Shown: piece by piece, positions 14,694 to 28,728 of the stretch
Position numbering within the stretch: position 1 is the first letter of the stretch
Layout: each line of letters starts with the position of its first letter
From: the human T2T-CHM13v2.0 reference genome, Homo sapiens
NCBI RefSeq assembly: GCF_009914755.1
Contig: NC_060930.1
Reading direction: 5' to 3' (one strand)
Length of the DNA: 64,000 bases
Program-made: the position numbers and the translations under genes
Notes under the pieces: generated by a model
What the model was told of the DNA's origin: nothing
Databases searched by the model: none
What the model saw: only the letters and a program-made list of their open reading frames with translations

Positions 14694-16353
14694 AGATAAA
14701 GGAAAAGAGACTAACTTCACTCTCCAGCCTCAAACAACAAAAACATCTGAAGGAAACATTTAAAACAATGATTTTTAAGATACTGGACATCAAACCATGA
14801 AAGACAGTGATCCTGAAGAACTGGAAGACAAATGAGATAGTTCTACAATTTCACCAGCTAAGCCCCTTGAGTGGATTTCCAGGCCTCAGTGCAGAAAAGG
14901 GGAGCCCAGGTAGACACACTGACTTGAGGAACTGGAAGTCTGAGAAGATCAGGATGGCCATAGTTCACAGGGCAGAGTACTGGAGAGAAGAGAGCGGCAG
15001 AGGGTCTCCCTCAAGTATTCAGTGGAATGCAGATCAGTAGATACATGCAAGGAACTACTCAAAGCCACACAAAGACTTACCTGAAAGGATTAGAGGAAAC
15101 ATTGCCAGGTACGTTTACAGGGCCAAGAATCGTGTCTATTCCGAATAGCTGAGCTGGAAAATCTCATAATTCACGCAGAATTGTGTCAAGTACTCATGAA
15201 GATCTTACCTCAGAATGCTCTAGACTAAATGCTGCTATCATTCCACCTAACTAATCTTAAAAGCAAGACATGAAAGGATTAACTGTTTCCAAGTAACTTA
15301 ACAGCACTCCAAAACAAAACTCAAGAGTATTTATAGGGAATATATAAATAACCAACACCCAATAAATTAAAATTCATAATGTCTGGCATCCAATAAAAAA
15401 TTGCCAAGGATGGAAAGAGGCAGGAAAATACAACCCATAATGAGGAGAAAAATCAATCAATTAAAACCAACCAGAACAGGACACGTGTTATAATTAGCAG
15501 GCAAGGACGTTGAAACAGTTATGATTGTAATCCATATGTTCAAAAAAGTTGGTATAGAGACATACAAGATGTCTAAAAGTTCTAAATTGAACATCTACAG
15601 CTGAAAACTACTATGTTTTACATGAAAAATACATTGAATGGGATTAATGGCAGATTAGACATTAGAAAAAAGAAAGATGACTGAACTTAAAGATAGCAAC
15701 AGAATCAATCTAAAATAAAACACAGAGAATGTCTCTAATGTCTGAAACAATAAAAATCAAAATAAAAGCAGCATCAGTAAGTTATAGGACAATTTCATGC
15801 TGCCTATCATACCTGTAATTGGAGTCTCCAAAGAAAAGACAAGAAAGAGACAGAAAAAAAATTTGAAGAAAAGTAGTAGCCTAAAATAATCTGAATTTGA
15901 TAAAAACTATTAATGCACAGACCCAAGAAGCTCAAAAGCCCCAAACACAAGAAACACAGTGAAAACTGTGCTAAGCCAAATCATAAAATTACTCAAAACT
16001 AGTGATAAACAGAAAACCTTAAAAGCAACAGAGAAAAAGACAACTTACATAAAGAGCAACAAAGATAAGGATGATAGCAGCTTCTAGTCAGAAACAATGA
16101 GAGCAAGGAGACAGTGTAGTAACATCTTTAAGGTACTAAAAGAAGTAAACTGTCAATGTAGAATTCAAAAATGAAGGCAAATAAAGAATTCTTTAGACAT
16201 GCAAAAGCTGAAAGCATTCATGCCAGCAGAGTCACACTACAAGATATGTTAAAGAAGGTCTTTCAGGCAGAGGGGAAAATAATAGCAGACTGAAATACAA
16301 ATCTACCCAAAGAAATGAAAGCACAGGAAATGGTATCCAGGTGGATAAATATA

Positions 16354-16721
16354 GAGATGTTCCTTGATGTACGATGGAGTGCATCTCCATAAACCTATTG
16401 TAAGTTGAAAATATCTTAAGTCAAAAATGCATTTCATACACCTAAACTACTGAACATCATAGCTTAGTTTACCCTACCTTAAACATGCTCCAAACACTTA
16501 ACATTAGCCTACAGTTGGGCAAAATCATCTGGCAACACAATACACTGTAGGAGTATTGGTTGTTTATCTGCCTGACCGTGTGGCTGACTGGGAGCTGTGG
16601 CTTGCTACTGCTGCTCAGCCACATAGGAGAGTGGAGCTTTCTACTGAATGCATATAGTTTTTGTACAACCATAAAATCCAAAAATCATGAGTTGAACCAT
16701 CATTAACTCAGAGACCATCTG
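16354..16721 (+). mobile_element. MER47A-like TcMar-Tigger MITE
   Basis: 368 bp with (c/g)agatg...catctg termini and TA flanks. Internal 'gtaagttgaaaatatc..aagtcaaaaatgcattt'. Confidence 0.85.
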
Positions 16722-19564
16722 TATAGGATTTTCTTATTTAAGTCTCTTTAAAAGATAATTGCATTTAGAATAAAAATAACTGTAGTGTATAATTTATGAT
16801 ATATGTTAAAGTAAAATATATGACAGAAACAGTTTAAAGGCCAGAGGGAGATAAATGGAATACACTATTAAAAGGCTCTTATACTAGGTATAAAGTAGTA
16901 TAAATTTACTTGAAGGTATATTATCATAAGTTGAAGTATGCTGCAAACCCTAAAGCAACCACTGAAATAGCAAAACAAAGTATTATAGATCATAAGCCAA
17001 CAAAGAAAAGAACATGGAGTTAACAAAAAAAAAAATGCTCAATGAATTCAAAAGAAAGCAAAAAAAAAGAGGAAATCGAAAATAAAGAACATATGGGACA
17101 AATAGAAAACAGGTTGTAAGCCAATGTACTTAAACCTAATCATATCAATAGTCACATTGCATGTAAATGCATGTGGCCACACTGCATGAATCTAAACACC
17201 CCAATTAAAAGGCAGAAATTATTAAAGTTGAGAAAAAAAGCAAGCATCACTATTGCTGCTGACATAAAACTCACTTTAAATATAAAGACACAAATAAAAC
17301 AAAGGAATAGGAAAAGGTATACAACGCTAAAACTAATTCTTTAAAAACTGGAGTGGTTTGTTAACATCAAACAAAGTCGATCTCAGAACAAAGAATATTA
17401 CCAAGGATAAAGAAAGTAATTTAGTAAGTTTCAAATGATAAATGATAACTAATCAGTTGTAAGGACATAAACTCCTAAATGTCCACGTGCCTAACAACAG
17501 AGTTTCAAAATACATTAAACAAAGACTGGATAGATGAATCCACAATTATAGCTGAAAGTCTTAATACCCTTCCCTCAATAACTGATACAACAAATAGAAA
17601 ATCAGTAAAAATACAGAGGATTTGAACAGCACAATCAACCAAGTTGAACTAATTGACGTGTATAGAACACTGCATCCAAAAAACAACAGAATATGCATTC
17701 TTCTCAAGTGAAACCAAGATATTCTGAGCCAAAACAAATTTTAATACATTTAAGATAATTCATATCATGGAAAGTATGTTATTTACATTGTTATTTTACA
17801 TTAGTTTATAACACAATGGAATTAATGTAGAAATCAGTAACAAAAAGATTATTGAAATTCCCATATATTTGTGAACCAAATAACATACTTCTAAATAAGC
17901 CAGGAGTCAAAAGAGAAATTTAAAAGAAAATTATAAAGTATTTTGAACTGGATAAAAATGAGAACAAAAAATTATCAAACTTTGTGGGATGCTGCTAAGG
18001 TATTACTCAGAGGGAAATTTATAGCACTAGACACCTAATTAGAAAAGAATAATAGTCTCACATAAATAAAGCACTATCAGAAAAAAATTAGAGAAAACAC
18101 AAATTCCAATACCAAAGCTAAGAGAGGTGATATCACTATTGATTCTATGGACATTAAAAGGATAATAAAAACATATTTTTGAACAATTTTATAATAAATT
18201 TAACAACTTAGATCAAATGAGTAAATTCATTGAAAGACATAAACTCCCAAACTTTATGTAAGAAGAAATAGATAACCTGAACAGTCCTATGTCTACAAAA
18301 GAAATTTAACTTGTAATCATAAACCTTCAAAACAGGAAAACTTCAGACCCAGGCAACTTCACTGATGAATTCTATCAAACATTTAAGAAAGCCTTAATAC
18401 CAATGCAACACCAACTCTTCCAGATGTTAAGAGAAGGGAGTACTTGCAAAGTCATTTGATAAGACAACTGTCACCTTGATATCGAAACCAGACAAAGATA
18501 TTATAAGCAAAGAAAACTAAAGACCAATATCCCTCATAAATACAGATATAAATATTCTTAACAAAATTTTAGCAAATCAATACAACAAAATATTAAAAGA
18601 ATAATATGTCAAGACAAGTGAGATTTATCCCAGGAATTCAAGGTTGGTTCAACATTTTTAAAACTTGATCAATAAAGTTTACCATATTAGGAAACAAAAA
18701 GCATGTGATCATCTTTGCAGACACAGAGAAAGCATTTTAAAAACTGAATATCAATTTCTGATAAAAAAAAAAAACTTTCAGGAAACTAGGAATGGAAGGA
18801 AACTTCCTCAATCTCATAGTGTCTTTTAAAAGCCTACAAATAATATCATACTTAATGATGAAAGACTGAATGCTTTCCCCCAAGAAGAGGAACAAATAAG
18901 GAGGTCTGCTGTTACTATTTCTATTCAATATTTACTGCAAGTTGTAGCTAGAGCCATAAGGCTAGGAAATAAAATATAAAGCATCCAGATTTGAAAGGAA
19001 GAAGTAAAACTGTCTTTATTCACAGAAGACATGATTGTCTATATAGAAAATCCAATGGAATAGAGTGGATTCCTATGGAATCCACAATAAGAATTACTAG
19101 AAGTAATACATGATTTTAGCAATGTTGTGTAATACAAGGTCATATTCAAAAATCAATTGTATTTCTGTGTATTAGTAAAAAATGATAGGAAATTGAAATT
19201 TTTAAAATGCCATTTCTAATTGCATCAGAAATATGAACTATTTATGAATAAATCTGACAAAAGATGTGCAAGATCTGAAAATTGAAATATATAAATTATT
19301 GATGAGATAACTTAAAATAGACATAAATAGACCATATTTATAATTAAGACTCAATATTATTAAGCTGTAAATTCCCAAATTTACAATTAGATTTAATGCA
19401 ACCCCAATCAAAATTTCAGCAGGCTTTTTTTTTTTTTAATGGCAAGCTGATCTTAAAATCAATATGGAAATCAAAGGACCTAGAACAGCCAAAATAACTT
19501 TGAAAAAGCAGAACAAATTTGGAGGATTAATGTTACTTGATTTCAAGACTTAATATAAAGTTAG

Positions 19565-19938
19565 TGTGTTAGTCTGTTCTCACATTGCTATAAAGAAATA
19601 CCCAAGACTGGGTAATTTATAAAGGAAAGAGGTTTAATTGACTCACAGTTCCACATGGCTGGGAAGACCTCAGGAAACTTGCAATCATGGCAGAAGGGGA
19701 AGCAAGGCACCTTCTTCACAGCATGGCAGGAAGGAGAAATGCCCAGTGAAGGGGGAAGGGGCCCTCATAAAATCATTAGATCTCATGATAACTCACTATC
19801 ATGAGAACAGCATGGGGGAACTGCCTCCGTGATTCAATTACCTCCACCTGGTCCCTCCCTTGACACATGGGGATTATGGGAATTACAGGGATTACAATTC
19901 AAGATGAGATTTGGGTGGAGACACAAAGCCTAACCATC
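19565..19938 (-). mobile_element. THE1D-like MaLR solo LTR
   Basis: 'tgtgttagtc...gactgggtaatttataaaggaaagaggtttaattgactcacagttc...gagatttgggtgg'. Interrupts L1 ORF2. Confidence 0.9.
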
Positions 19939-20319
19939 TAGAGTAATCAAGACAGTGTGAAATTAGCATAAAAATGGGCAAATAAATCAATGAAATAAAT
20001 AAGAAGTCTAGAAATAGGCCCTCACATATATGGACAACTGGCTTTTGACAAAGGTTCAATGATAATTTAGTGGAGAAGAGATACAGCTTTCAACAAATGG
20101 TTCTGTAACAAATTACAAAATATGATACTAACATAAAAACTGACATATAGACCAGTGAAACAAAATAGAGCCCAGAAATACATCCATTCATGGTCATAAA
20201 GCTACAACTTCCTTCTTTTGCATGTGGATATCTACCTTTTCCAACAGAATGTGCAAAAAAAATTCCATCCATACCTTGTACCATATACAAAAATTAACTC
20301 AAAATATATTGCAGATCTA

Positions 20320-20657
<338 letters not shown>

Positions 20658-21214
20658 TTATATATATAGAGAGAGAGACAGAGAGAGAGCAGATCTAAAT
20701 GATCTAAATGTAGAATCTGAAAGCATAAAACTTCTTAAGAAAAAACATTTACAACTGTGGAGATCAGGCAAAGATTTCTTAGGGATGATACCAAAATCAT
20801 GACCCATATAAAAGAACAAATTGGTAAATTGGGATTCATCAAAATTAAAAACTTCTTTTCTTCAAAATACACTCTTTTTCCTGTATATTAATTATCATGT
20901 ATTTGAATACCATTTTTAAAACCTGTAAATCTGTACAAACATACATTTTGCAACCTTGATCAAACTATTTTATTTTATTGTTGAAAGAACACTTAACATG
21001 CGATCTATCCTCTGAACAAATTTTTAAGTGTACAACACGTTGTTGCTGATTATAGGAACAATGTGATAAAGCAGATCTCTACAGCTTATTTATCTTGCTT
21101 GACTGAAACTTTATTCCTGGTGATTAGTAACTCTCCATTTCCTCCTCCTCCTATTCTCTGGCAACCACCAGAGAGCTCATATAAGTGGAATCATGCAGTC
21201 TTTCTGTGACTGGC

Positions 21215-21591
21215 TGCATTAGTCCATTTTCACAGTACTATAAAAAAAATACCTGAGACTAGATAATTTATAAAAGGAGGAGGTTTAATTGACTCACAGT
21301 TCCACATGGCTGGGGAGGCCTCAAGAAACTTAAAATCATGGCAGAAGGTGAAGGGGAAGCAAGGATCTTCTTCACATGGTGACAGGAGAGAGAAGTGTGA
21401 GCAAGAGCAGGGAAAACTGCCTTATAGCCATCAGATCTCATGAAAACTCACTCACTCTCACGAGAATAGCATGGGGGAAACTGCCCCCAGGATCCAATCA
21501 CTTCCGACCAGGTCTGTCCCTAGACATGTGGGGATTATGGGGATTACAATTCAAGATGAGATTTGGGTGGGGACACAGCCAAATCATATCA
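21215..21591 (-). mobile_element. THE1D/C-like MaLR solo LTR
   Basis: tg...catatca termini, 5-bp TSD ctggc/ctggt. Confidence 0.92.
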
Positions 21592-22884
21592 CTGGTTTAT
21601 TTCACTTAGCATAATGTCCTCAAGATTCATCTATGTTGTCACACATTACATAATTTCCTTCCTTTTTAAGGCTGAATATTATTCCATCATATGTATATAC
21701 CATGTTTTCTTTATTCATCTATCCGTCTATGGACATTTAGGTTGCTTCCACATGTTGGCTTTTGTGAATAATGCTGTAATGAGTAGAGGAATGCTAATAC
21801 CTCTTTGATATCCTGATTTTAATTCTCTTGGATAAATACCCAGAAATGGAATAGCTAGATCATATGATAATCCTACTATTTATTTTTTTGAGGATCTTCT
21901 TCTATACTGTTTTCTATAGCAGCTGCAACATTTTGCATTCTCACCAACAATGTACAAGGATTCCAGTTTTTCCACATCCTCTTCAACACTTTGGTTTTTC
22001 TGATAATAGCCATCCTGAGAAGTGTGAGATGTTAGCTCATTGTGGTTTTGACTTACATTTCCTTGATGTTTATTGATGTTGAACGTTGATGTTTAGTAAC
22101 CTAACTATCAGGTTAATAGTTTGTTTTTTGCCTATTGAGTTGTAGGAGTTCCTTACATATTTTGGAGATTAACCCCTTATCAGATATAAAGCTTGCAAAT
22201 ATTTTCTTCTGTTTTGTAGTTTGTCTTTTCACTTTATCAATGACTTCCTGTGCAGAAGCTTCTTAGTCTAATGTAGTCTCACTTATTTATTTTTGTTTTT
22301 ATTGCCTGTGCTTTTCTGTCATATCCATAAAATCATTGCCAAGACTAAGTCATGAAGCTTTTCTTCTATGCTTTTTGTAGGTGTTTTACAACTTCAGTCT
22401 TACAATTAAATCTTTAATCAATTTTGGTTTTTGTGGGTGGTGTAAGATAAGGGTCCAGTTTTATTTCTCTGCATGTGAATATCCAGTTTTCCATAATCAT
22501 TTCTTGAAGAGATTCTTTCACCCATTGTGTAGTTTTGGCACTCCTTTGTGGATGATCAGTTGAGCATTTATGAGCGGACTTATTTCTGGGCTCGCTATTT
22601 TGTTTCATTGGTCTATATGTCTGTTTTTATGCTGGCATTATATTGTTTTGATTATCATAACTTTGTAATGTAAAATATTTTGAAATCAGCCATTTTTATT
22701 ATACAAGTCTTTTACCTCCTTGGTTATGTTTATTCCTAGGTATTTTTATTCTTTGTGGTGTTATTGTGCATGGGATTGTTTTCCTAATTTCCTCTTCAGA
22801 TAGTTTGTTTTTGGTATATAGAAACACAATTGATTTTTGTTGTTATTTTTGTATTCTACAACTTTACTGAATCTATTTATTAGT

Positions 22885-22934
22885 TCAGCCTCCCAAAGTG
22901 CTGGGATTACAGGTGTGAGCCACTGTGGCTGGCC
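22885..22934 (-). mobile_element. Alu 5'-end stub (50 bp)
   Basis: Matches only the first ~50 nt of Alu, flanked by agttc on both sides. Confidence 0.9.
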
Positions 22935-25202
22935 AGTTCTCATAGTTTTTTTAATGGAGTCTTTAGAGTTTTCTATATATAAGATTAAGCCATCTGCAAG
23001 AGGGATAATTTTATGTCTTGCTTTCCAAATTGGATACCTTTTCTTTCTTTTTCTTGCCTAATTGCTTTGGGTAGCACATCCAATACTATGTTGAATAGAA
23101 GTGGCAAGAGTGGGCATCTTTGCCTTGGTGCTAATCTTACAGGAAAAGTTTTTAGTTTTTCACCATTGAGTATGGTGTTAGCTGTGAAGTTTTCATATAT
23201 GACCTCTATTATGGTGACGTAGTTTCCTTCTATTTCTAGTTTGTTGAGAATTTTTATCATGACAGAGTGTTGAACTTTGCCAAACACTTTTCCCACATCT
23301 ATTGTGACAATCATGTAATTTTAATCTTTTATTCTCTTAATGTGGTATATCACATTAATTTTTGTATGTTGAATCACCTTTCATTTCAGGATAAATACCA
23401 CTTGGTCATAATGTATGATTTTTATAATATGCTATTGGATTCAGTTTGCTGATAGTATATTGAGGATTTTTGCATATATATCCCTCAGGGATACTGGATA
23501 CTGGCCTGTAGTTTTCTTTTCTTGTGGTCTCTTTGTCTGGTTTTAGTATCAGGATAATGCTGGCATCTTAAAATGAGTTTGGAAGTATTCCCCACTCTTC
23601 AACTTCTTGAAAGAGTTTGAGAAGGTTTAGTGTTAGTTTTTCTTTAAATGTTTGGTAGAATTCACCAGTTAAGTCATCTGGTCTTGAGCTTTTCTTTGTT
23701 AGGAGGTTTTTGATGACTAATTCAATCGCTGTACTACTTACAGGTCTGTGCAGGCTTTCAGTTTCTTTATGATTTAATCATGGTAGGTTGTAGGTTTCTA
23801 GGAATGTATCCATTTCTTCTGGGCTATCCAGTGTGTTGGTATATAATTGTTCCCAGAAGTCTCTTATGATCTTTTTAAATTTCTGTGGCACTAGTTCTAA
23901 TGACCCTTCTTTCATTTATGACGTTATTTTAGTTTTTATCTGTTTTTCTTATTCTAAGCTATTGTCCATTTGTAAACATTTTGCTTATCGTTCCAAAAAT
24001 ACAGATCTTAGTTTTGTTGACGTTTTTCTATTGCTTTTATATTTTCTGTTTCATTTATTTCTGCTCTAATCATTGTTGTTTCCTTCCTTCTGCTAACTTT
24101 GGGCTTAGTTTGTTGTTCTTTCTCTGATTCCTTGAGGAATAAAGTTAGGTTGTTTATTTGAGATCTGTTTTCTTTTTTAATGTAGATGTTTCTTCCTATG
24201 AAATTCCTTCTAAGTACGGCTTTTGCTGCGTCTCTAAGTTTTATATGTTTTTTTCATTTTTGTTTTTCTCAAGGTATTTTATAATGTTCTTTTCAATTTT
24301 TTTCCTTGACTCAATGATTGTTCAAGAATGTATTTAATTTATATACATTTGTGCATTTTTCAGTTTTCTTTCTGCTATTGGTTTCTAGCTTCATGCCATT
24401 GTGGTCAGAAAAGATATCTGATATAATTTTAACCCTATTAAAATAGTTAAGACTTGTTTTGCAACCTACTATGTGATCTATCTTGATGAAAGATCCCTAT
24501 GCTGCTATTGGGTGAAATATTCAGTATATGTCTGTTAGCTCCATTTGGTTTATAGTGTTATTCAAGTTCTCTGTTTCCTTACTAATCTTCTCTCTGGATG
24601 TTGTGTCCACTATTGAAAGTGGGGTGTTGGAGCCTCCTACTATTATTGCATTGCTATCTATTTCTCCCTTTAGTTCTGTTAATGTTTACTTTATATATTT
24701 AGGAGCTCTAATGTTGGGTGCATATATATTTATAATTGTTATAATATTCCTTGTGGATTGACTCTTTTATCATTATATAATAATCTTCTTTGTCTCTTAA
24801 GAGAATGAGAATACAAGCTAAAGGCTAGGAGAAAATATTTGCAAAATACATATATCTAACAAAGGACTTGTATGTAACACATATAAAAACTTTCAAAACT
24901 CAATAAGTAAATAGCAATACAAACCAATAAGAAAATGGGCAAAAGATTTGAATGTATAGTTTACCAGAGAAATTGTACAGGTAGCAATAAGCACATGAAA
25001 AAACACTCAACATTCATAGTCATTAGAAAAATGCAAACTAAAACCACAATGAGATACCACTACACACATTTCAGAATGACTTAAATTTAGAAAACTAACT
25101 TTGTCAAATATTGATAAGGATTTGGAGGAACTAAAAACTCTCACATATTGCTCTTGAGAATTAAAGTGTACAATCACTTTGGAAAACAATTTGGTAGTTT
25201 CT

Positions 25203-25337
25203 TTCCTTTTTTCTTTTTTTTTTTTGAGATGGGGTCTTGCTATGTTACTCAAGCTGGCCTCAAACTCTTGGGCTCAAGGGGACCCTCTTCAGCACCTTGA
25301 GTAGCTGAGATTACAGTAGTGCACCACTGCACCTGGC
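25203..25337 (-). mobile_element. FLAM_A-like Alu monomer
   Basis: Single monomer with a T tail. TSD tggtagtttct at 25192-25202 and 25338-25348. Confidence 0.85.
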
Positions 25338-27631
25338 TGGTAGTTTCTAAAAAGTTAAACATACACTTATCATATGATAGAGTCATTCAACTCCTAAATA
25401 TTTATCCAAGGGAATAAAAGCATATGTTCATACAAATGTCCTCCAAGTTTCCTAGCAGCTTTATTTGTATTAGCTAAACATTGGAAACAACAGAAATGTC
25501 ATCATCAGGTGACTAGATAAACAAATTATTGTATATCCATATGATAGAATTCTATTCAACAATAAAAAGAAATTAACACTAAAATTCTTGTTTAAATCTC
25601 AAAACAATTATGCTGAGTGAAATAATTCATAAAAAATTGAGTACATACTGTATGATTCCATTTATATTAAATTCTATGCAGTGCAAACTAACCCACAGTG
25701 ACAAAGCAGGTGAGTGGTTGCTTGTGGGGAACAAGGTTGAGAGCTAGATTACAATGGGACACAAATTTTTTTTTGGTATGTTCATTATCTTGATCATGAT
25801 GATGATTTCATTGGTTTTTATAAATGTCGGAATTCATCAAATTGTACATCTTGAATATATGAAGTTTATTATATGCCAATTATATCTCATTAAAACTGTT
25901 AAGAGAAGATTTTTGCATCAAAAAATATTTTAAAAGATGCCTTTCCAATTGGAACTTTAAAACAATCTATTGTTAAACAATTGAGTGATAATTAAGATAC
26001 AAACAAGAATTAAAGGATTCTGAAAAAAAGATAATTAAACCACTAGATATCCTATCTATAAGATATGTTTAAAACAGTAATCAGAGGACAATATATGGCT
26101 AGAAACATTGTATCTCTAAACAGTGAGGAATGAAACTAACTTAATTCAAAAATATATAATGTTCCCCTAAAAAGTACAAGAAAGAAGATATAACAACTAT
26201 ACATTATATGTACCTAACAACAGAGCCCCAAATATATGAAATAACAGCTGTTAAGTTGGAGGGAGAAACAGACAATTCAACAATAATACTTGGATACCTC
26301 AGTATATCACTTTTAATAATGGCTGCAATAACTAGACAGGAGATGATCAAGGAAATAGAAGGCTTGAACAACACTATAAAATAACTGGACCTAATAGACA
26401 TCTATAAAACACTCAATTGAACAGTATATGTTCTTCTGAAATCCACATGGAACATTGTCCAGTACAGACCATAAGTTTGGCAACAAAAGAAGTCTCAGTA
26501 AGCATAAAAAATAAAATTATATAAAGTATCTTCTTCAATCACAACGGAATAAAATTAGAAATCAATAATGAGAGGAAATTTGGAAAGTCACAAATGTGTA
26601 GAAATCAAACAAATTCTTAACCAATCCAATGGCTCAAATAATAAATCATGAGACACTTGAAAATTCTCCGATATAAATCAAAACAAAACAAAAGCATACC
26701 AAAATGTATGGATACAACAAAAGCAGTATTTAGATGAAAATTTTTCATTGGAAACATCCACATTAAAAAAAATAAATATCTCAAATCAATAACCTAAGTA
26801 TATAATAAACTAGAAAAAAGAAAAAGCTAAATTCAAAGCAAACATAATAAAGGAAATAATAAAGCGTAAAGTGTACATAAATGACATAGAGAAAAGAAAA
26901 ACAATAGAGAAAATGAACAAGCACAAAAATTGGTTATTTAAAAAAAATAAACAAAATTAACAAAATCAAAACTTTAGACTTACCAAGAGAAAAAAGAGGA
27001 CTCAAATTACTAAAATCAGTAATGAAAGAGAGGACATTACATTGACTTTACAGAAATAAATGGGGTTATAAAGAAATCATATGAGCAATTATATACCAAC
27101 AAATTAGATAACCTAAATGAAATAGACAAATTCCTAGGAAGACACGAACTACCAACTGACTTATGAATACATACAAGCATAGAAACATAGCTCAATGGAA
27201 TCAAATTTAGGGTCCAGAAATAAACTCATATACTTATGGTTAATTGATTTTCTCCAAAGGTCTCAAGACCATTCAGTAGAGAAAGAATTCTATTTTCAAC
27301 AAATTGTGCTGGGAGACAGCTGGAAAAGCACATATAAAAGAATCAATTTGGACCTCCACTCACAACATGTACAAAAATTAATTAAAACTCATAAAAGACC
27401 AAACGTTAAGTGCTAAAACTATAACTCTTATTTAAGAAAACAAATCTTCATAATCTTGGATTTGGCAATAGATCCTTAGATAGGATACCAAAAACACAAG
27501 CAACAAAAGGAAAAATAATAAATTGGGCTTCGTCAAAATTGAAACCTTAGTGCATTGAACACTATCAAGTGGAAAAATAACCAACAAACTGAGGGAAATT
27601 ATTTGCTAATCATATATCCTGTGAGAAACTT

Positions 27632-27950
27632 CCTATGAACTAAATACTTCCCCCAAATTCACGAGGCAGAGCCCTTATGAATGGGATTAGCACCCTTATA
27701 AAAGAGGCCTGAGAGAACTTCCTTGTTACTTCCACCACATAACCTAAGTATATACTTTAATAAAGTATATAGGACATACTGCAAGATGGCCATGTATGAA
27801 CCAGGAAGTAGGCCTTCACTAGACACTGAATCTGCTGGCACCTTGATCTTTTAACTTCCCAGTCACCAAAATTGTGAGAAATAAATTTCTGTTGTTTCTA
27901 AGCCATCCAGTCTATGACACTTTGTTACAGCATCACAAATAGACAAAGCC
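27632..27950 (+). mobile_element. MLT1A/MSTD-like MaLR LTR
   Basis: 'gaatgggattagcacccttataaaagagg', 'gaatctgctggcaccttgatctt', 'gtgagaaataaatttctgttg'. Confidence 0.8.
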
Positions 27951-28728
27951 AGGTCTAGGACTGTGAATATATAAAATTTGACAACAAACCAAAATTCAGT
28001 AACAAGCCAAAAAGATACAGAAATCATTTTTTTAAAATTGTCAAAGGACTAGAACAGATATTTCTCTTAAAAGATGTACCAAGAAAATATAACCAATAAA
28101 TACATAAAAGGATATTCAGAATCTTTAGTAATAAGGGAAATGCAAATCAAAACCATAATGAGATAACACTTCACACCTACTAGGATAGCTAGAATTTAAC
28201 AATCACAACAAAAAGAAAACAAGTGTTGACAAGGATGTGGAGAGATCAGAACCCTTATGTATTGCTGGTAGAAACACAAAATGGTTCAGCCACTGTGGGA
28301 AGCATTTTGGCAGTTCCTCAAAAATCTAAATATAGGATTACCACATGACCCCGCAATTCTACTCCTAGGTACATATCCAGCAGAACTGGAAACATGTCCA
28401 AACAAAAACAGGTGTACACAATGTCCACAGCAGAATTATTCCTAACAGTCAAAAAGTAGAAACAATCCAAATGTCCATCAATTGGATACACAATATATGG
28501 TATATTCATGCAGTGGAATATAAACCTTACCAATAATGAAGAACTGGCACAGGCTATGATACTCATGAGCCTTGAAAATATTATGCTAATTGAAAGAAGC
28601 CAAACACAAAAGGTTATCTATTGTATGACTCCGTTTACATGAAATGCCCAGAACGGGCAAATGCATTGAAACAGAAAGCCAATTAGAGGATGAAGGGAGG
28701 GCAGAACGGGGAGTGGCTGCTTAATGAA

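Larger units (their letters stand above)
20965..24793 (-). mobile_element. 5'-truncated L1MA8/9-like element inserted antisense in the host L1
   Basis: L1MA 3' terminus at ~20965. ORF2 RT remnant in ORF 22985-23314 ([14 protein letters not shown]). Host L1 resumes at ~24794. Confidence 0.88.

Noticed and set aside
22985-23314. 109-aa ORF with reverse-transcriptase similarity
   Set aside because: Short surviving frame of a dead L1 ORF2, surrounded by stops and frameshifts.
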